Of a stretch of DNA of 64,000 bases, positions 12,999-27,300 are shown piece by piece (the first letter of the stretch is position 1; each line of letters starts with the position of its first letter). A program made the position numbers and the translations under genes. This DNA is from Raillietiella orientalis (taxonomy: Eukaryota), in NCBI GenBank assembly GCA_036172245.1, contig JAYWIR010000120.1, positions 1-64,000 on the forward strand, written 5' to 3'. The notes under the pieces are model-generated. The model worked only from the letters and a program-made list of their open reading frames with translations. It made no database searches and was not told the DNA's origin.

Positions 12999-13410
12999 CT
13001 GAACACTAAAGCAGTTCTGGTTGAAATCATGCTTAAGTTTTTGATTGCCATCCAAATACCAAGCAAACTTTGATCTAAACAACTGCGTGCAAACAAAACA
13101 AATGAATACAGGACGTAGCTTTGCTCCTAGGTTATAGAGAAACAGCACCAAGGAGAGCAGAACATCAAAAAGAAATAAGGAAATACTGACAGCAGTGATT
13201 ATCAGTGGACTGAAATACTCGGCACTATTTAAAATTGAAACAAACATCAACGTTCATATCGCATTCAGAAGGTCTCAAATTTCTGTGTGCTTTGAACAAT
13301 GTCCACAAATCTCATAAGAAAGGCCAACAAACCGACACGCTTTCGGAAATTTGAGAAACGCGGATCCGCACACAGAGTGAACACAATGTATGTACGATTT
13401 CTACAAGAGC

Positions 13411-16400
13411 AACAAGCCCTACAACAGTTACGTCCCTCTGGAGAGGTGCAGCTACATATCGAAACCTGCACTGTGTGAGCAGAAAACCCTTTAAGAAGAA
13501 AGACCGAAAAGCACTTTCAAGCAAACGCGATCATGCATGAGAACCTCACGTCTACGGAAAACGGGAAAAACAGCACAACGCTCTCAGGGTCACCAAAGAA
13601 GCACACGGGCACAATGGTCTGCCGTGTCCATTCCTCGAAACGCCTTCATCAGCGACAACTTTATCCGCCTTTCATCTAAGCATGCGCACACCGGGTCACA
13701 AAAAAGACGGGAAAAGACAAAGCATTCTCTCCACAACAACGACGAAAAGTATCCGAACGTGCAGAAGCATTAGACTGGAAGAGACTCAAGCACTCACAGA
13801 AAACGATTAATGAGCCGTAGCCGACAGAGACAGAGTACACCAGAAATGGATTCGCAGCAATGACGTCTTGTCGGATCAAGATTGAGGAGCATCAGCATTG
13901 CAACCAGATGAAACTCAAGGATGAGATTTCCTCATGAGTACAAACGCACTTTAGTGTTTGCAGAGTGTGTTTCGATTTCTCCAGGAATTAATAAAGTGCA
14001 GAAAAAGCATGGAAAACATGTCCATTGCCGAGATCGAGAATGGAAATTTCACAAAGTCTCGCTCCCATGCAGGAAAAAGCACGAAACGTGCATTCTGCGT
14101 AACCATCTTGGCTCACGCAGAATGACCTCGAGCGTGCATCACTTGAAAGAGGCGGCATTCACCGAACCATTGCAACATGTGCATAGGGGAAACCGCTTAG
14201 CACTTCTCAACGTGCTAAGTGATGATAAATGTCATTTCATGAGCCGTTCATTCCATCCTTGTTCCCACCATTTCTTTCACAGTGAACACCGTAAAGATCT
14301 CCCATCTCATGACTGGAATGGACCACTGCCGACGCGCTTCCAATGCCCGTCGACACTATCGTGATTCTTGCATGACAAACACAGGGAAAGACCCCTTGAA
14401 AGAAGAGCAAACCATCACTTAGCGGAATGCAAACACATGCAGAGCATATTCTTGCACTATCGAGTTCCACATTCCAATCGCTCTCATCGCAACAAATCGA
14501 ATGGAATGCTCCAACATTCCTTCAGATGCAATATCCTAGCAACTCAAGGGTTTGGCATGAAAGGGTCAAGTGCCACGTCAATGTACCAGCTGTCGAATAT
14601 TGACATACGCGTATGCCGTGGGCTGCTCTCGACAACAGGCGCGCGTGCTATCCCCTTGTCAGCAGAAACCAAAGGCGGCATCGAAATGAGAATGGAGATC
14701 GTATGGCCTGCTCCGATGCCTTCCCATGAGAGTCGGCTGTGGTTGTCGACCAAGAGTTCAGCGAGGACAGATTCCCGCCTTCGAAGTGCATTAACATTGC
14801 TGCCTCGCAGTACGGAAAAGGCAGTCAGCAGTCGACTCAAACAGCATCAATAAATAACCAGGAAGCGAACCAGTATAGTCGGTGTGCGCCCAAAATCCAA
14901 TGAAAGCACGAAGTTGCCAACGGCTGCTGCGCTGCGCTTCCAGGGCAAAGTACACGACGCTTCGCTCTCAAATGTCATGCAAAGCGAACCTCGCCTTAAA
15001 CGCACACCCAGTGGTCACCTTGCAAACCAGCAGCACGACAGTCAATTTTCGCACAGGACAGAACCGGAGGGATATCATCTGCGCAGCAACAAAAAGTGCT
15101 TGTTTCGGACGGAGAATTTTTTGCATCCTCGTTCATCTTTTAGTCCACCAACATCCCAGGAAGCTTGAAAGCGATTCAATAGTCTCCTGCAGGATGACCC
15201 CTAAATACGCCTCCACATGAAATGTTCAAGAAAAGGAGAAACGTCGGCAACTCATCGGTGATTCAAAACCAATCAGTGGACCTCGCGTAGTACAATCCAA
15301 CCCCAATCTCTTCTAGGGGCTAGAAGGCTTCCACAGCCGGTTTCTTCAGAGTAACCGTCCAACGCGAAGATGTGAACAGGCGGAACGAGGGAGAGCAGGT
15401 TAGGAAGACATTCCGCAAAGAATCAGCACAGCAGTATAGAGGTAATATCTCTGTGTCGACTCGGAAGTGAGCCGATTTGAGCACACAAGAACCACAGCGC
15501 AGTATAAAATTCCTCCGCACACTTATGCTGGATTTCGTGAAGCAACCCCCTCCAGATTACCCTGTAAGCGTATCTACAAGAAAAGACAACATGTCAGTTT
15601 GAGCATCCCTTTCGCCCGCGCTATTCTATTCCCCCCGAGAAAAAAAACAGACAAATTCAGGAGAGCCAATAGATAACTTCGACACAGAGATTACAGTGCA
15701 AATGCAGAATCAAACGAATTTCGCATTTCCAATGCAATTTCTGGATTCATCGAAGCAATATTTCATCCGAGGTCACCATCCATCATGATTTCTGCAAAAC
15801 ATGAACTCTCAACGGTGACGCCTACATGCAAGAAGTGAGAAAGCTTCACAGCAACGTCAGTATACTTCTGATGCATTCTTGCGTAAAAAGGACCTGAGCA
15901 GATTTGGAACCTGCTTGTTCGTTAGGGATCATCAGCGCGCAGGGTGAACCTGGTTACTGATAGACTCATCGTCCACCGGGAAAACGGGACTTTCGACGCC
16001 GAAGACAGCGAGAGACGCTCCTGCACGGAACCGAAAACATCATAACGGATGCAATACATCCTTGTGTTGCCAAATAATTTACTTGTGCGCGCGCTCTGTC
16101 CAAAGAGGCAACGCAGCAGCACTGCGAAATGAGAAACGTCCACGATGATCATCTCGTGAACAAAAGACCGCTCAAGCTCAACCCACAGTAACGCTGTGGG
16201 GCGCATGCGGAAAACGGTTCGAAAAAGATAGGAAAAGGAAACACTAAATGTCCGTTCGGAAACATCATCTTCGATAGAAGGGCCAGGAACCGTTTCGAAA
16301 CGAACTCTCCTTCCAATACTGCGAAATGGAATGCAAGCCTCAATCCAGAAGGAACGCTTCGGGACTAATTGCTTCGGGACTTCTATTAAAAGCAGCGAGC

Positions 16401-19400
16401 CGATACGTTCCGCTGTTGTCCTGCGACGACCAAAGGGCCGATTGCTCAGAAAAAGAGAAGCTGCCAGAGCATGAAGCAGACAAGAAGAAGGATGACAGAA
16501 AAAAATGCAGGATCTGATAATGTCGACGCACGCAAACAGCGACCACTGAAGCACTAGCACTATACTTCCACAAACAGACACTTTGTATGCCCGAGTGTCC
16601 ACGAAGATACCTCATCCTTAAAACTTGTAGCACCAAAAGAACATTTCGGTGCAGCTGGCAAGTATGCGAACCGCCGATTTCTCATGCGAACAGGAACAAT
16701 TCGACACACTCAGAATTTCGAACAGCCGTCTGTCTGGAAGTCGGAAAACACAATTTTTCTTATCAAAAGAAAGCACGAAGCAAAGGATACTGCACTCTCC
16801 TCGAAGGTAATCCGTGACATCGGGAACACCTCAGCCGAGGAAGGTCCCAAGAAAACTAACATTCGGCAACTCACACTCATGCACGTCTCGAGTCGAACCA
16901 TGCATGCGAGTTAAACCGCTTCACGCGCCAGCAAGCTCGTGAACCACGTTAGTCGTGGAGCGGCCGACTGGAGTGGAAAACCAAAGCTTCTGACGGACGC
17001 AGAGTTGCGCTGCGGCATGCAAAACCTTCGATCATTCAGCCGCCGCGCACCGTTTCCCGCAACGTCACCATGTTTTCTCTTTTCAGACAAAACACAAAAA
17101 CCGCGTGAGCATCCTTCGAACAAGAACAACAAGTGCTAGTTTTGCAGAGACCATCTGTACTGAAAGAACTCTCTCGCAAACCACTTCTAATGGACACGAG
17201 CAAAGCCACCGAGGTCAAACAGTACCACTAAGACTTCAGGATGTGCAGAAACAAGAAAACCAGTCGATGCACGCTATACGCAGGACCAGGAAAACGGAGA
17301 ACCCCTTCCACTTGGTGGCGCGCATTTGCAGAGCTTTCCTACTGCCGAATTCCGTTACAATACAGCTGGAGACGCTCCAGCAGTGACACGCAACGTTACG
17401 ATGGAGTCATACATTCAGCGCTAGATTGCAGGGCAGCCCTCTAACCGTCGCTGCTTCCCGTGGCACAACACCGTCGCCTTGTGCCATCCGTCAATGCGAT
17501 TCCTGTACCGCAAACCCATCTCTCTCTAACATCCTCGAGCTCTCTTATCTGAAGCTTGTCATCCATGAAGACCGATGATTTCATGTAAGCTCATTGGAAT
17601 GAGCACGCCGCAAGAGCACGAAAACAAGCGCACTACTATGAGGTAATGAATCGGGTGCGAAAATCATGACAGAGGAAAGCCTGTCATTGCAACAGCCAAC
17701 ACCAAGGATAACTTTATGCAACGATGGAGGCACGGAATCGGTTGAACCCATTATATTCCGGCTGTCCACCACACTGGATGTTGAATTCATGTCCATCTGC
17801 TCAAATCTGCAGACACATCAAGAAGAATATCCAACCGAAATTTCTGTGCTTCAAGGGAAGGACGCGCGATGCAAGAACAAGAAAATGCACTGAAAAGAAG
17901 AGCGCCTTGGAAGAGAAGAAATCCAGCATATTTCCAATGAGAACACGCTGTGAACATCAGGGCGGAGGAAGCCTCTTCACTTTTGCGGTTGGTCACTCGC
18001 TCTGAACAAGGAAACTGTCCTTATCCAGAAACAGTCTGAGGGGATTAAAAAGGGCTGCGCAGAAACAGAATACTGCGCCATACTTCCACAGCAGCATCAA
18101 TTATAGCTTCACTGAGAAATAAGCTAAGGAGCACCCTCGAACCGGTCCGATACGTGTGCGAGAGACATCAAGCAGGAATTGGGTTCTTCGAAGCAGGCAA
18201 GCTGGCTGAACGGGCAGCAATCTGCCCTTGCAGAAATACGCCCACGTGCTAAGCACAGACTGGCTATGCAATGAGAGGCGACAGGGGCAAAACGTGAGGA
18301 CTAACATTCCGAGATTCACCACCGACACTCGGCAACGCACACAATGTTATGTCGGTGTCTCCCCACTCAGTAACCTCTTGCCTTGCGCGCATCACTTCCT
18401 CCAGCGACGACATCTTTCAGACTAACGGGCGCGCGCAGGCCGAGTGGTGAACGGAAAAGAAACGGAAATCCATCGAAGAAACGCCCAATCAGCTCGGAGT
18501 TCCCTCAATCGCCCATCTCAAACAGTTTGTTGGGCTCAGAGGAGCAAACAGCGAGAACGAGAGAGGAACCGTGGTCGTGGTGAGCGTCGAATCGACTCGC
18601 CCGCGAAGGCAGCCCCCTTGATGAAGCACACCGGAAGCTCGCAGTGCAACCTGCACTCCACACCAAACGGCCATGCAGCTACCTCTATATGTTGTGCCAA
18701 GATTAGGCGAGTGGCCAATCTCGGTACGGTACCGCAAAAAAAGAAATACCGATCAAAAAATGCGAAACCCCCCTCATCTCTTTCCAGGTGTTTCCTTACA
18801 CAGTCATCATCAGCAGCTTATGTTCAATCGAAATTCTTTCCGCGATGCCATCAAACCAGCTGAATATCCGCCAAGATGGAAGACAAAAAAAAAAAGGGTC
18901 CAATGAAGGAAAAAACGCTGCTCGAATTCCCGGACGGGAATCCAATAGCCTAATGATGAGCCTATTCAAAACAGTAGTGTTTCAAGAGGAGCTGAAGATA
19001 CACAAGACAGAGGAGGGAAAACAAGGAAGCATAAAAGGAGAAAATCTTTAAACTACGCGTGGAGGATGAAGAACATACAAAACTCCCTGATGCCACACCA
19101 TAGGATGGCAGTCACGACGGAAGGATCAGCCAACTCGTGACCAACGAGTCCACATACAGGAGCCGTGAACAAGGCGTGTCCTGCAAGATAGGCGACAACG
19201 GATAGCCTACATCTTAGTAGTTTGCGGAGCTCACTCTCAACATGTGAGCCTTCGGGACCGCAGGGCTCCCTCGGGTAGCTGCGTATGCCGATCTCGTGGG
19301 ACGAACATGACGGAAAAAACAATGTGATCCCGCCATCTTTTCCTGCTGCGCATCCAAGGATGCTTGCTGCCCAATTGCGTGGCTGCAGTATTTTCCTTCA

Positions 19401-21929
19401 CCGAACTGGCTACTGCACAAACGGACGTCGAGACTTCTACCCCTTCTTAGTTCTTCACGAACAGAAGAAGACACTTTCGCGGATTTCCGAAGGACGCCTC
19501 GAAGGACCAGTCAGCGATGTCGCCGTGGCAGTGAACCCGCACCGTGCGCGGGAACGCCTCCTGTACTGCTCTGAGCAGAGAGCCAAAGGCTCGCTTGCCC
19601 TTCGGTTTCCGCTCAGACTACCCCAAGACCCCTGTCCTGCAGGAACCATGTCCAAAGACTACGTGTGTCTTAGGTGTGTTTCCACCTACAAAGATTCACA
19701 CTGAGAAACAGCGCGAAAATCGAAAAATACCCTCTCACGTTTCAAGTCCAGATTTCCAGGGCTTTCAAAAGCGGGAAGGGCAAAGTGACAAAGATGGTGC
19801 GAGAATGCAACTTTTCTTGAACTGCTTCCAAATCATGCGTTCTGCCTGCTTCCTTCCACAGGAACAGGTGGAAGCAGCGAATGAAGCAAAGTCGCAGGTG
19901 GTCACCAATTCTACTCATCATGCGCATTCCTTCGCATTTCGCAGCGGAGCGTGCGATGAGTCAGGTCTGCCCATCTCGCGCGAGCCGATGGATACCACTT
20001 TTCCTGAAATAACCTGAGCAGACCCTGAGCAGACTCCTTCCGGGAGCATCCGTGATTCGCAGTCGATTCTCATTGCATTTCCCCACGAACCCTTTTTCTC
20101 GCAGGAGGCCACAGTGCGATGGAGGTCCGGATAGCAATATCCGTGTTGCATGCAACGACGCGGCACGATGGACCCATTAGTTGGTCAGAGACGACTCCTT
20201 AGGAGCACAACGAGCAACTCCAAACATTGGAGCGATGCCAATGTCCTCGCTTTGAACCAAACAAGCAGTCTTCGAAGCATCTGAACAGCCCCCTAAGCGA
20301 AAAGGTCAAGAACGAAAGGCCACGTTGCCATTCGAGCAACCAGGCAACCGTTCTATAGGAGAGGGCAGACATTCACGCTGCGTGACCACCAGGCCGGAGG
20401 GCTGCACGCAGTCAACGCACACGACGTTTTCCAGGAAGCTCAGGTAGTAGATTCCTACGTGCAGAGAAATGCTGCTTGCAATATAGGGGTTGGTAAGTAA
20501 AGAGTGCTCATCAGCATCTTTGCGTTCTGAGCAACCGAAATGCTGCGAAAACTTTCATCGCTCCCTTCCTGAGTAAGGTGGTCGAAGCGTGAGTTTCGCA
20601 AAGAGCATCAAGAAGAAAATCATAAGTAGTGGCCAGGACCCCGATCCGGAGCGGGGGGACCTGTCTCCCGTGTAGGAGTGGGACGCAGCGGGACCACACG
20701 TCGCTTCCCATGGTTAGAAATCTCAAGACGCGTCACTTTTGAGAAACCGCGATGGGCTTGAAACGGAACCCCGTCGCACACTCGCCGCGAGCAGGAAGCG
20801 CGTCGAGCACCTCAGTCTCACAGTTGGCTCATCGGTCCGCGACTACGGATTCCCTGGAGCAGCAGCAGGGATCGCTTTCTCTCCACGAAGTGTTGTTCCC
20901 AGCACGGAGCGGGTGGAGGTGGCTACTGCAGTTGGTCTTCCGGGACGCGACTGACCGACGCATAGCGTTTGCACCGACTGCCGCACGCGCACCTTACGCG
21001 CCAAATACCGCTCCACGCTGCCGTTCAGGAAGGCAATCCTCAAGCGGTAGCGGTTATCTGCGACGGTTCGGCACTCCGATAAGTGGCCATCGCAGTGCGT
21101 ACGACCTGCAGCGGACGTTGGCTGCGGAAACTGACTACGCATTGCGCGCTGGACCGAAGAGGCCGACAGAGGAATGAGGCACTCGACATCAGGCGGAATG
21201 ATTCGCCAGACGCGGCTGACATCAAACATCGGTGTGGCGAAAGATAGCGCACGATGACGAGACGCTTCCAAGGTGGGCACCCGAGCGCCGGAAATTAGGA
21301 TTAGCCGAAACGCGGAAACCACACCGCGTTGAATGAGCACGACAGCGCGAACCATCGGCTCAAAAACAGCTGCAATCGCGATGTGCAATGCACTTTTGGT
21401 ACAGAGGCTGCAAGTGAGCTGCCCGAAGCAGTCACAATTCCGGATAGGAAACAAGGTGCACAGGAGAGCAGCGGACTGACTGCGTGTGTCTGCAGGAACC
21501 ACGCAACGGAATGCGTGCGAGCAACACGCACTCATTGCAAGCTGCTAGATAGTTCCCACAGCGCGGGATGCAGCAATGCGTCAGGAGAAATCTACGAGGT
21601 GTTACCGACGACGCCAGAGCAAGGGACCACCTCCATGTTCTAGAGCACGTTGGCGCAACGAAAAAGTTCCATCCCACTCACCTGTCGGGTGCTGCAAACA
21701 GAGGTTTCCCCTTGGGAGATGGCATTGCTAGTGCGTCCCGCCGTCTGCGTCGACGTCGCTCCCTCATTTAGCGCAGCCGTGCCACCTTCAGCACCCTCCA
21801 GGAGCCGTGGACTCCTGAAGAGTTACCGCCGATCTTGTTGCTTCGCTGCTTCGCGCTGCCCGAGAACTGCGCTGGAACGGCTTCCTACCCGACTTTGTAG
21901 CTAATCGTCTTCTAGTCAGGGTTGCCAGA
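13411..21929 (-). repeat. Left arm (~8.52 kb) of a large inverted duplication
   Basis: Reverse complement of 24368-32885; mirrored ORF tracks (coordinate sums 46296/46297); about 14 differences seen, including one 1-bp indel near 15548. Confidence 0.98.
21918..21929 (-). promoter_or_regulatory. CTGGCAACCCTG-type (RFX/X-box-like GTTGCC) motif at the inner arm boundary; the right copy reads CTGGGAACCCTG
   Basis: cagggttgccaga at the inner end of the arm, immediately upstream of a GC-rich first-exon-like tract. Confidence 0.3.
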
Positions 21930-24367
21930 GCTGAGATCTTTTATTATGGTAACCCTATTAGGAATAGGTTGCAGCAAGAGTTGAATGGGACTTTGCTTTG
22001 TAGCCGATGCTTTCAAGGGCCGACGGGCATTTCAATTTGTGTTCTCTTGTTCTTGTTTTTCAGAAGGTAACCTTTCAGAAGGGGAACTTTTGAACAACAA
22101 ATATCCTCTTGGTTGATTATTAGAAGATTTTCGATTTTACTTTTTTTTTCAAGTGTCGTAAATCCATAACATGGTTTTTCTTCCGATTCGTTTACAAGAT
22201 GAGATGCTTATAGAGTTGGGAAAAATACGGAATGCTTCTGCAATAAATGGAGGTACATTTTTCTCTGGGTGTGTATTACTCTTTTGTGCTGGCATCATGA
22301 AAGTTTAATTCATGAGTTCTAGTGTTGGCAGCAGAAGAGTTGGTGATTAATTGACACTTTCTTTCTTAGAGAAGACTACAATAACTGTTTCCAACTGATT
22401 GTGTGTTCTCGGGGTTACGGTTGGAATGCTTCTCTTTGAATTTCCTCTGAAAGTGATGCATTACAGAAAGCATAGAAATGGAGCAAGCTGTTTGAGAGTA
22501 TTGAAGTTCGGATTCATTTTTTTCTATTTCCAAGTGAATTTATGATTTTTATGTATGCAGTTGCCCATAGAAAAACCTGAAATTTCTCTGCAGTTATTGC
22601 AAGAACTAGGGTCTGATCACAATGTCGCCGTGTTCGTGCGGTTTGTGTTCCTGATGCGTGCATTACATGAAAATCGAAACTTCACAAGGGCATTTATCAG
22701 CGCATGGGTATAGCCTCTTATTCCAGTGGCCATGATGTAAAACGAATATACAACGATACGTGTCACATCAGAGTGTATGAGCAGCGGTCGAATAACCATG
22801 AAGAAACTGATGTTTGCTGCACCCGGTAGGGAGAATCACCAAACTGCTAAGAAGTGCTGAATGCACCGTCATGAGGTGTACCGAAACCGGTGTGCATTGC
22901 CATGTGAGAAAAAGTTCCCGTGTATCTGCCGAATATTTCCTTCTCTCACAGTGGTCCACATTGAAAACTTCGCATAGAAGGGTTCCGTTATTCTCTTGAT
23001 AATTGTAATAGCCACACAACGTTTCCATTTCAAAAACTGCGGCTTATGGAACACAGACAACATGAAGTTTTCTCCAGTGTACATCTTGTCTCATGAATTT
23101 TGGATGACTCGTCTTTTAACGTCATAACAGTTTATGACAGTTTACGTGAACTCAGCATTTTTGCCTCAGAATATCCATGTGTCTCTGCGGTACCAAATAC
23201 AGAATTAGAACGAAAACACTTCTTGAAGGGAAACGATACAGTGATAAAGCGCGGCTTGGAAACTTGTGGAAGAATGGCTTCCAATACTCTACTATAAACG
23301 TCTTTATGTCTATGAGAATCAAATAAAAATTCAGATCCCACTGTTGCGTAGATAAAAATGGCTTTATGAAACCATGTCAGAACTCAAAAACCTCCGTGCA
23401 TTCTGAATTCAAGTTCCCCACTTGGCCTGAGGGAAAATATTCATGCATTCAGGAAACTCCGGTGAGGCAAGTGATCGCATTTTTCGAATAGCGCCTTTTA
23501 CGTTAATTCTCATGAGAGGAAAAAAAAATGGAATCTAACAGAATCAAAACGTGCAAAATTCCCGAAAACTAACACTTTGTCCGTGAATCCGTTGCAAAGC
23601 TGAACATAAAAATTGATTTCTCCATCCACACATAGGACTGTCGAACTACAGCCAAGTATACGTCATCGGCTTTCCCCACGGTAACCCAATAAAGTGCACA
23701 ACGCGATATGCTTCCTCAGCAGCCTCATCAAAAGATACCACTTATAAATGCAACTTGACACAAAAAACAAGGCTGTTCATAAAAAATGAAATTATTATGA
23801 AATATAACAGCAAAATGTCGACAGCAGGCACACATTTAGAATTATGTCCACTGTTAGCTTTCTGGAATCTTAAATTGCAGAGCCGGAAGACAAAGCACAT
23901 CTACGTACACGGAACTTGATCTCAATTTCTCAAATAATCTGCTCAGATTCATCCAGAAATTATTCACCCTACTTGTAAAGAAACCTTCTAAAGACAATCC
24001 TCACAAATGTCTAAGACTTTTCATAAAGCATAAGCAACCAAGGATAACGTCAATTGAGGAGGTAAAAAGACATAGTTACAACGGAACTGCAGGCTCTTCG
24101 CAAACAAAAAGGAACCATGAAAGCACAGCGACACTGCCAAACGCATCCACGTTGCAAAACCGATTTTCGGAATGCAATAAAGAAAGCAATGCTACAATCT
24201 GATAATCACTAGAGTGCAAGCATTTCCAGGGTGCTAAATTCTGGAAGCAAATCAGTGCACTTCCATGTGAACCATACGCAGATCACATGCGTTCTCAAAG
24301 GACGCCTTACTTTTCAAAACCACCAGATGACATTTGCTGAGTTCGCCACCCGAACACGGTGAGAAGT

Positions 24368-27300
24368 TCTGGGAACCCTGACTAGAAGACGATTAGCTAC
24401 AAAGTCGGGTAGGAAGCCGTTCCGGCGCAGTTCTCGGGCAGCGCGAAGCAGCGAAGCAACAAGATCGGCGGTAACTCTTCAGGAGTCCACGGCTCCTGGA
24501 GGGTGCTGAAGGTGGCACGGCTGCGCTAAATGAGGGAGCGACGTCGACGCAGACGGCGGGACGCACTAGCAATGCCATCTCCCAAGGGGAAACCTCTGTT
24601 TGCAGCACCCGACAGGTGAGTGGGATGGAACTTTTTCGTTGCGCCAACGTGCTCTAGAACATGGAGGTGGTCCCTTGCTCTGGCGTCGTCGGTAACACCT
24701 CGTAGATTTCTCCTGACGCATTGCTGCATCCCGCGCTGTGGGAACTATCTAGCAGCTTGCAATGAGTGCGTGTTGCTCGCACGCATTCCGTTGCGTGGTT
24801 CCTGCAGACACACGCAGTCAGTCCGCTGCTCTCCTGTGCACCTTGTTTCCTATCCGGAATTGTGACTGCTTCGGGCAGCTCACTTGCAGCCTCTGTACCA
24901 AAAGTGCATTGCACATCGCGATGGCAGCTGTTTTTGAGCCGATGGTTCGCGCTGTCGTGCTCATTCAACGCGGTGTGGTTTCCGCGTTTCGGCTAATCCT
25001 AATTTCCGGCGCTCGGGTGCCCACCTTGGAAGCGTCTCGTCATCGTGCGCTATCTTTCGCCACACCGATGTTTGATGTCAGCCGCGTCTGGCGAATCATT
25101 CCGCCTGATGTCGAGTGCCTCATTCCTCTGTCGGCCTCTTCGGTCCAGCGCGCAATGCGTAGTCAGTTTCCGCAGCCAACGTCCGCTGCAGGTCGTACGC
25201 ACTGCGATGGCCACTTATCGGAGTGCCGAACCGTCGCAGATAACCGCTACCGCTTGAGGATTGCCTTCCTGAACGGCAGCGTGGAGCGGTATTTGGCGCG
25301 TAAGGTGCGCGTGCGGCAGTCGGTGCAAACGCTATGCGTCGGTCAGTCGCGTCCCGGAAGACCAACTGCAGTAGCCACCTCCACCCGCTCCGTGCTGGGA
25401 ACAACACTTCGTGGAGAGAAAGCGATCCCTGCTGCTGCTCCAGGGAATCCGTAGTCGCGGACCGATGAGCCAACTGTGAGACTGAGGTGCTCGACGCGCT
25501 TCCTGCTCGCGGCGAGTGTGCGACGGGGTTCCGTTTCAAGCCCATCGCGGTTTCTCAAAAGTGACGCGTCTTGAGATTTCTAACCATGGGAAGCGACGTG
25601 TGGTCCCGCTGCGTCCCACTCCTACACGGGAGACAGGTCCCCCCGCTCCGGATCGGGGTCCTGGCCACTACTTATGATTTTCTTCTTGATGCTCTTTGCG
25701 AAACTCACGCTTCGACCACCTTACTCAGGAAGGGAGCGATGAAAGTTTTCGCAGCATTTCGGTTGCTCAGAACGCAAAGATGCTGATGAGCACTCTTTAC
25801 TTACCAACCCCTATATTGCAAGCAGCATTTCTCTGCACGTAGGAATCTACTACCTGAGCTTCCTGGAAAACGTCGTGTGCGTTGACTGCGTGCAGCCCTC
25901 CGGCCTGGTGGTCACGCAGCGTGAATGTCTGCCCTCTCCTATAGAACGGTTGCCTGGTTGCTCGAATGGCAACGTGGCCTTTCGTTCTTGACCTTTTCGC
26001 TTAGGGGGCTGTTCAGATGCTTCGAAGACTGCTTGTTTGGTTCAAAGCGAGGACATTGGCATCGCTCCAATGTTTGGAGTTGCTCGTTGTGCTCCTAAGG
26101 AGTCGTCTCTGACCAACTAATGGGTCCATCGTGCCGCGTCGTTGCATGCAACACGGATATTGCTATCCGGACCTCCATCGCACTGTGGCCTCCTGCGAGA
26201 AAAAGGGTTCGTGGGGAAATGCAATGAGAATCGACTGCGAATCACGGATGCTCCCGGAAGGAGTCTGCTCAGGGTCTGCTCAGGTTATTTCAGGAAAAGT
26301 GGTATCCATCGGCTCGCGCGAGATGGGCAGACCTGACTCATCGCACGCTCCGCTGCGAAATGCGAAGGAATGCGCATGATGAGTAGAATTGGTGACCACC
26401 TGCGACTTTGCTTCATTCGCTGCTTCCACCTGTTCCTGTGGAAGGAAGCAGGCAGAACGCATGATTTGGAAGCAGTTCAAGAAAAGTTGCATTCTCGCAC
26501 CATCTTTGTCACTTTGCCCTTCCCGCTTTTGAAAGCCCTGGAAATCTGGACTTGAAACGTGAGAGGGTATTTTTCGATTTTCGCGCTGTTTCTCAGTGTG
26601 AATCTTTGTAGGTGGAAACACACCTAAGACACACGTAGTCTTTGGACATGGTTCCTGCAGGACAGGGGTCTTGGGGTAGTCTGAGCGGAAACCGAAGGGC
26701 AAGCGAGCCTTTGGCTCTCTGCTCAGAGCAGTACAGGAGGCGTTCCCGCGCACGGTGCGGGTTCACTGCCACGGCGACATCGCTGACTGGTCCTTCGAGG
26801 CGTCCTTCGGAAATCCGCGAAAGTGTCTTCTTCTGTTCGTGAAGAACTAAGAAGGGGTAGAAGTCTCGACGTCCGTTTGTGCAGTAGCCAGTTCGGTGAA
26901 GGAAAATACTGCAGCCACGCAATTGGGCAGCAAGCATCCTTGGATGCGCAGCAGGAAAAGATGGCGGGATCACATTGTTTTTTCCGTCATGTTCGTCCCA
27001 CGAGATCGGCATACGCAGCTACCCGAGGGAGCCCTGCGGTCCCGAAGGCTCACATGTTGAGAGTGAGCTCCGCAAACTACTAAGATGTAGGCTATCCGTT
27101 GTCGCCTATCTTGCAGGACACGCCTTGTTCACGGCTCCTGTATGTGGACTCGTTGGTCACGAGTTGGCTGATCCTTCCGTCGTGACTGCCATCCTATGGT
27201 GTGGCATCAGGGAGTTTTGTATGTTCTTCATCCTCCACGCGTAGTTTAAAGATTTTCTCCTTTTATGCTTCCTTGTTTTCCCTCCTCTGTCTTGTGTATC

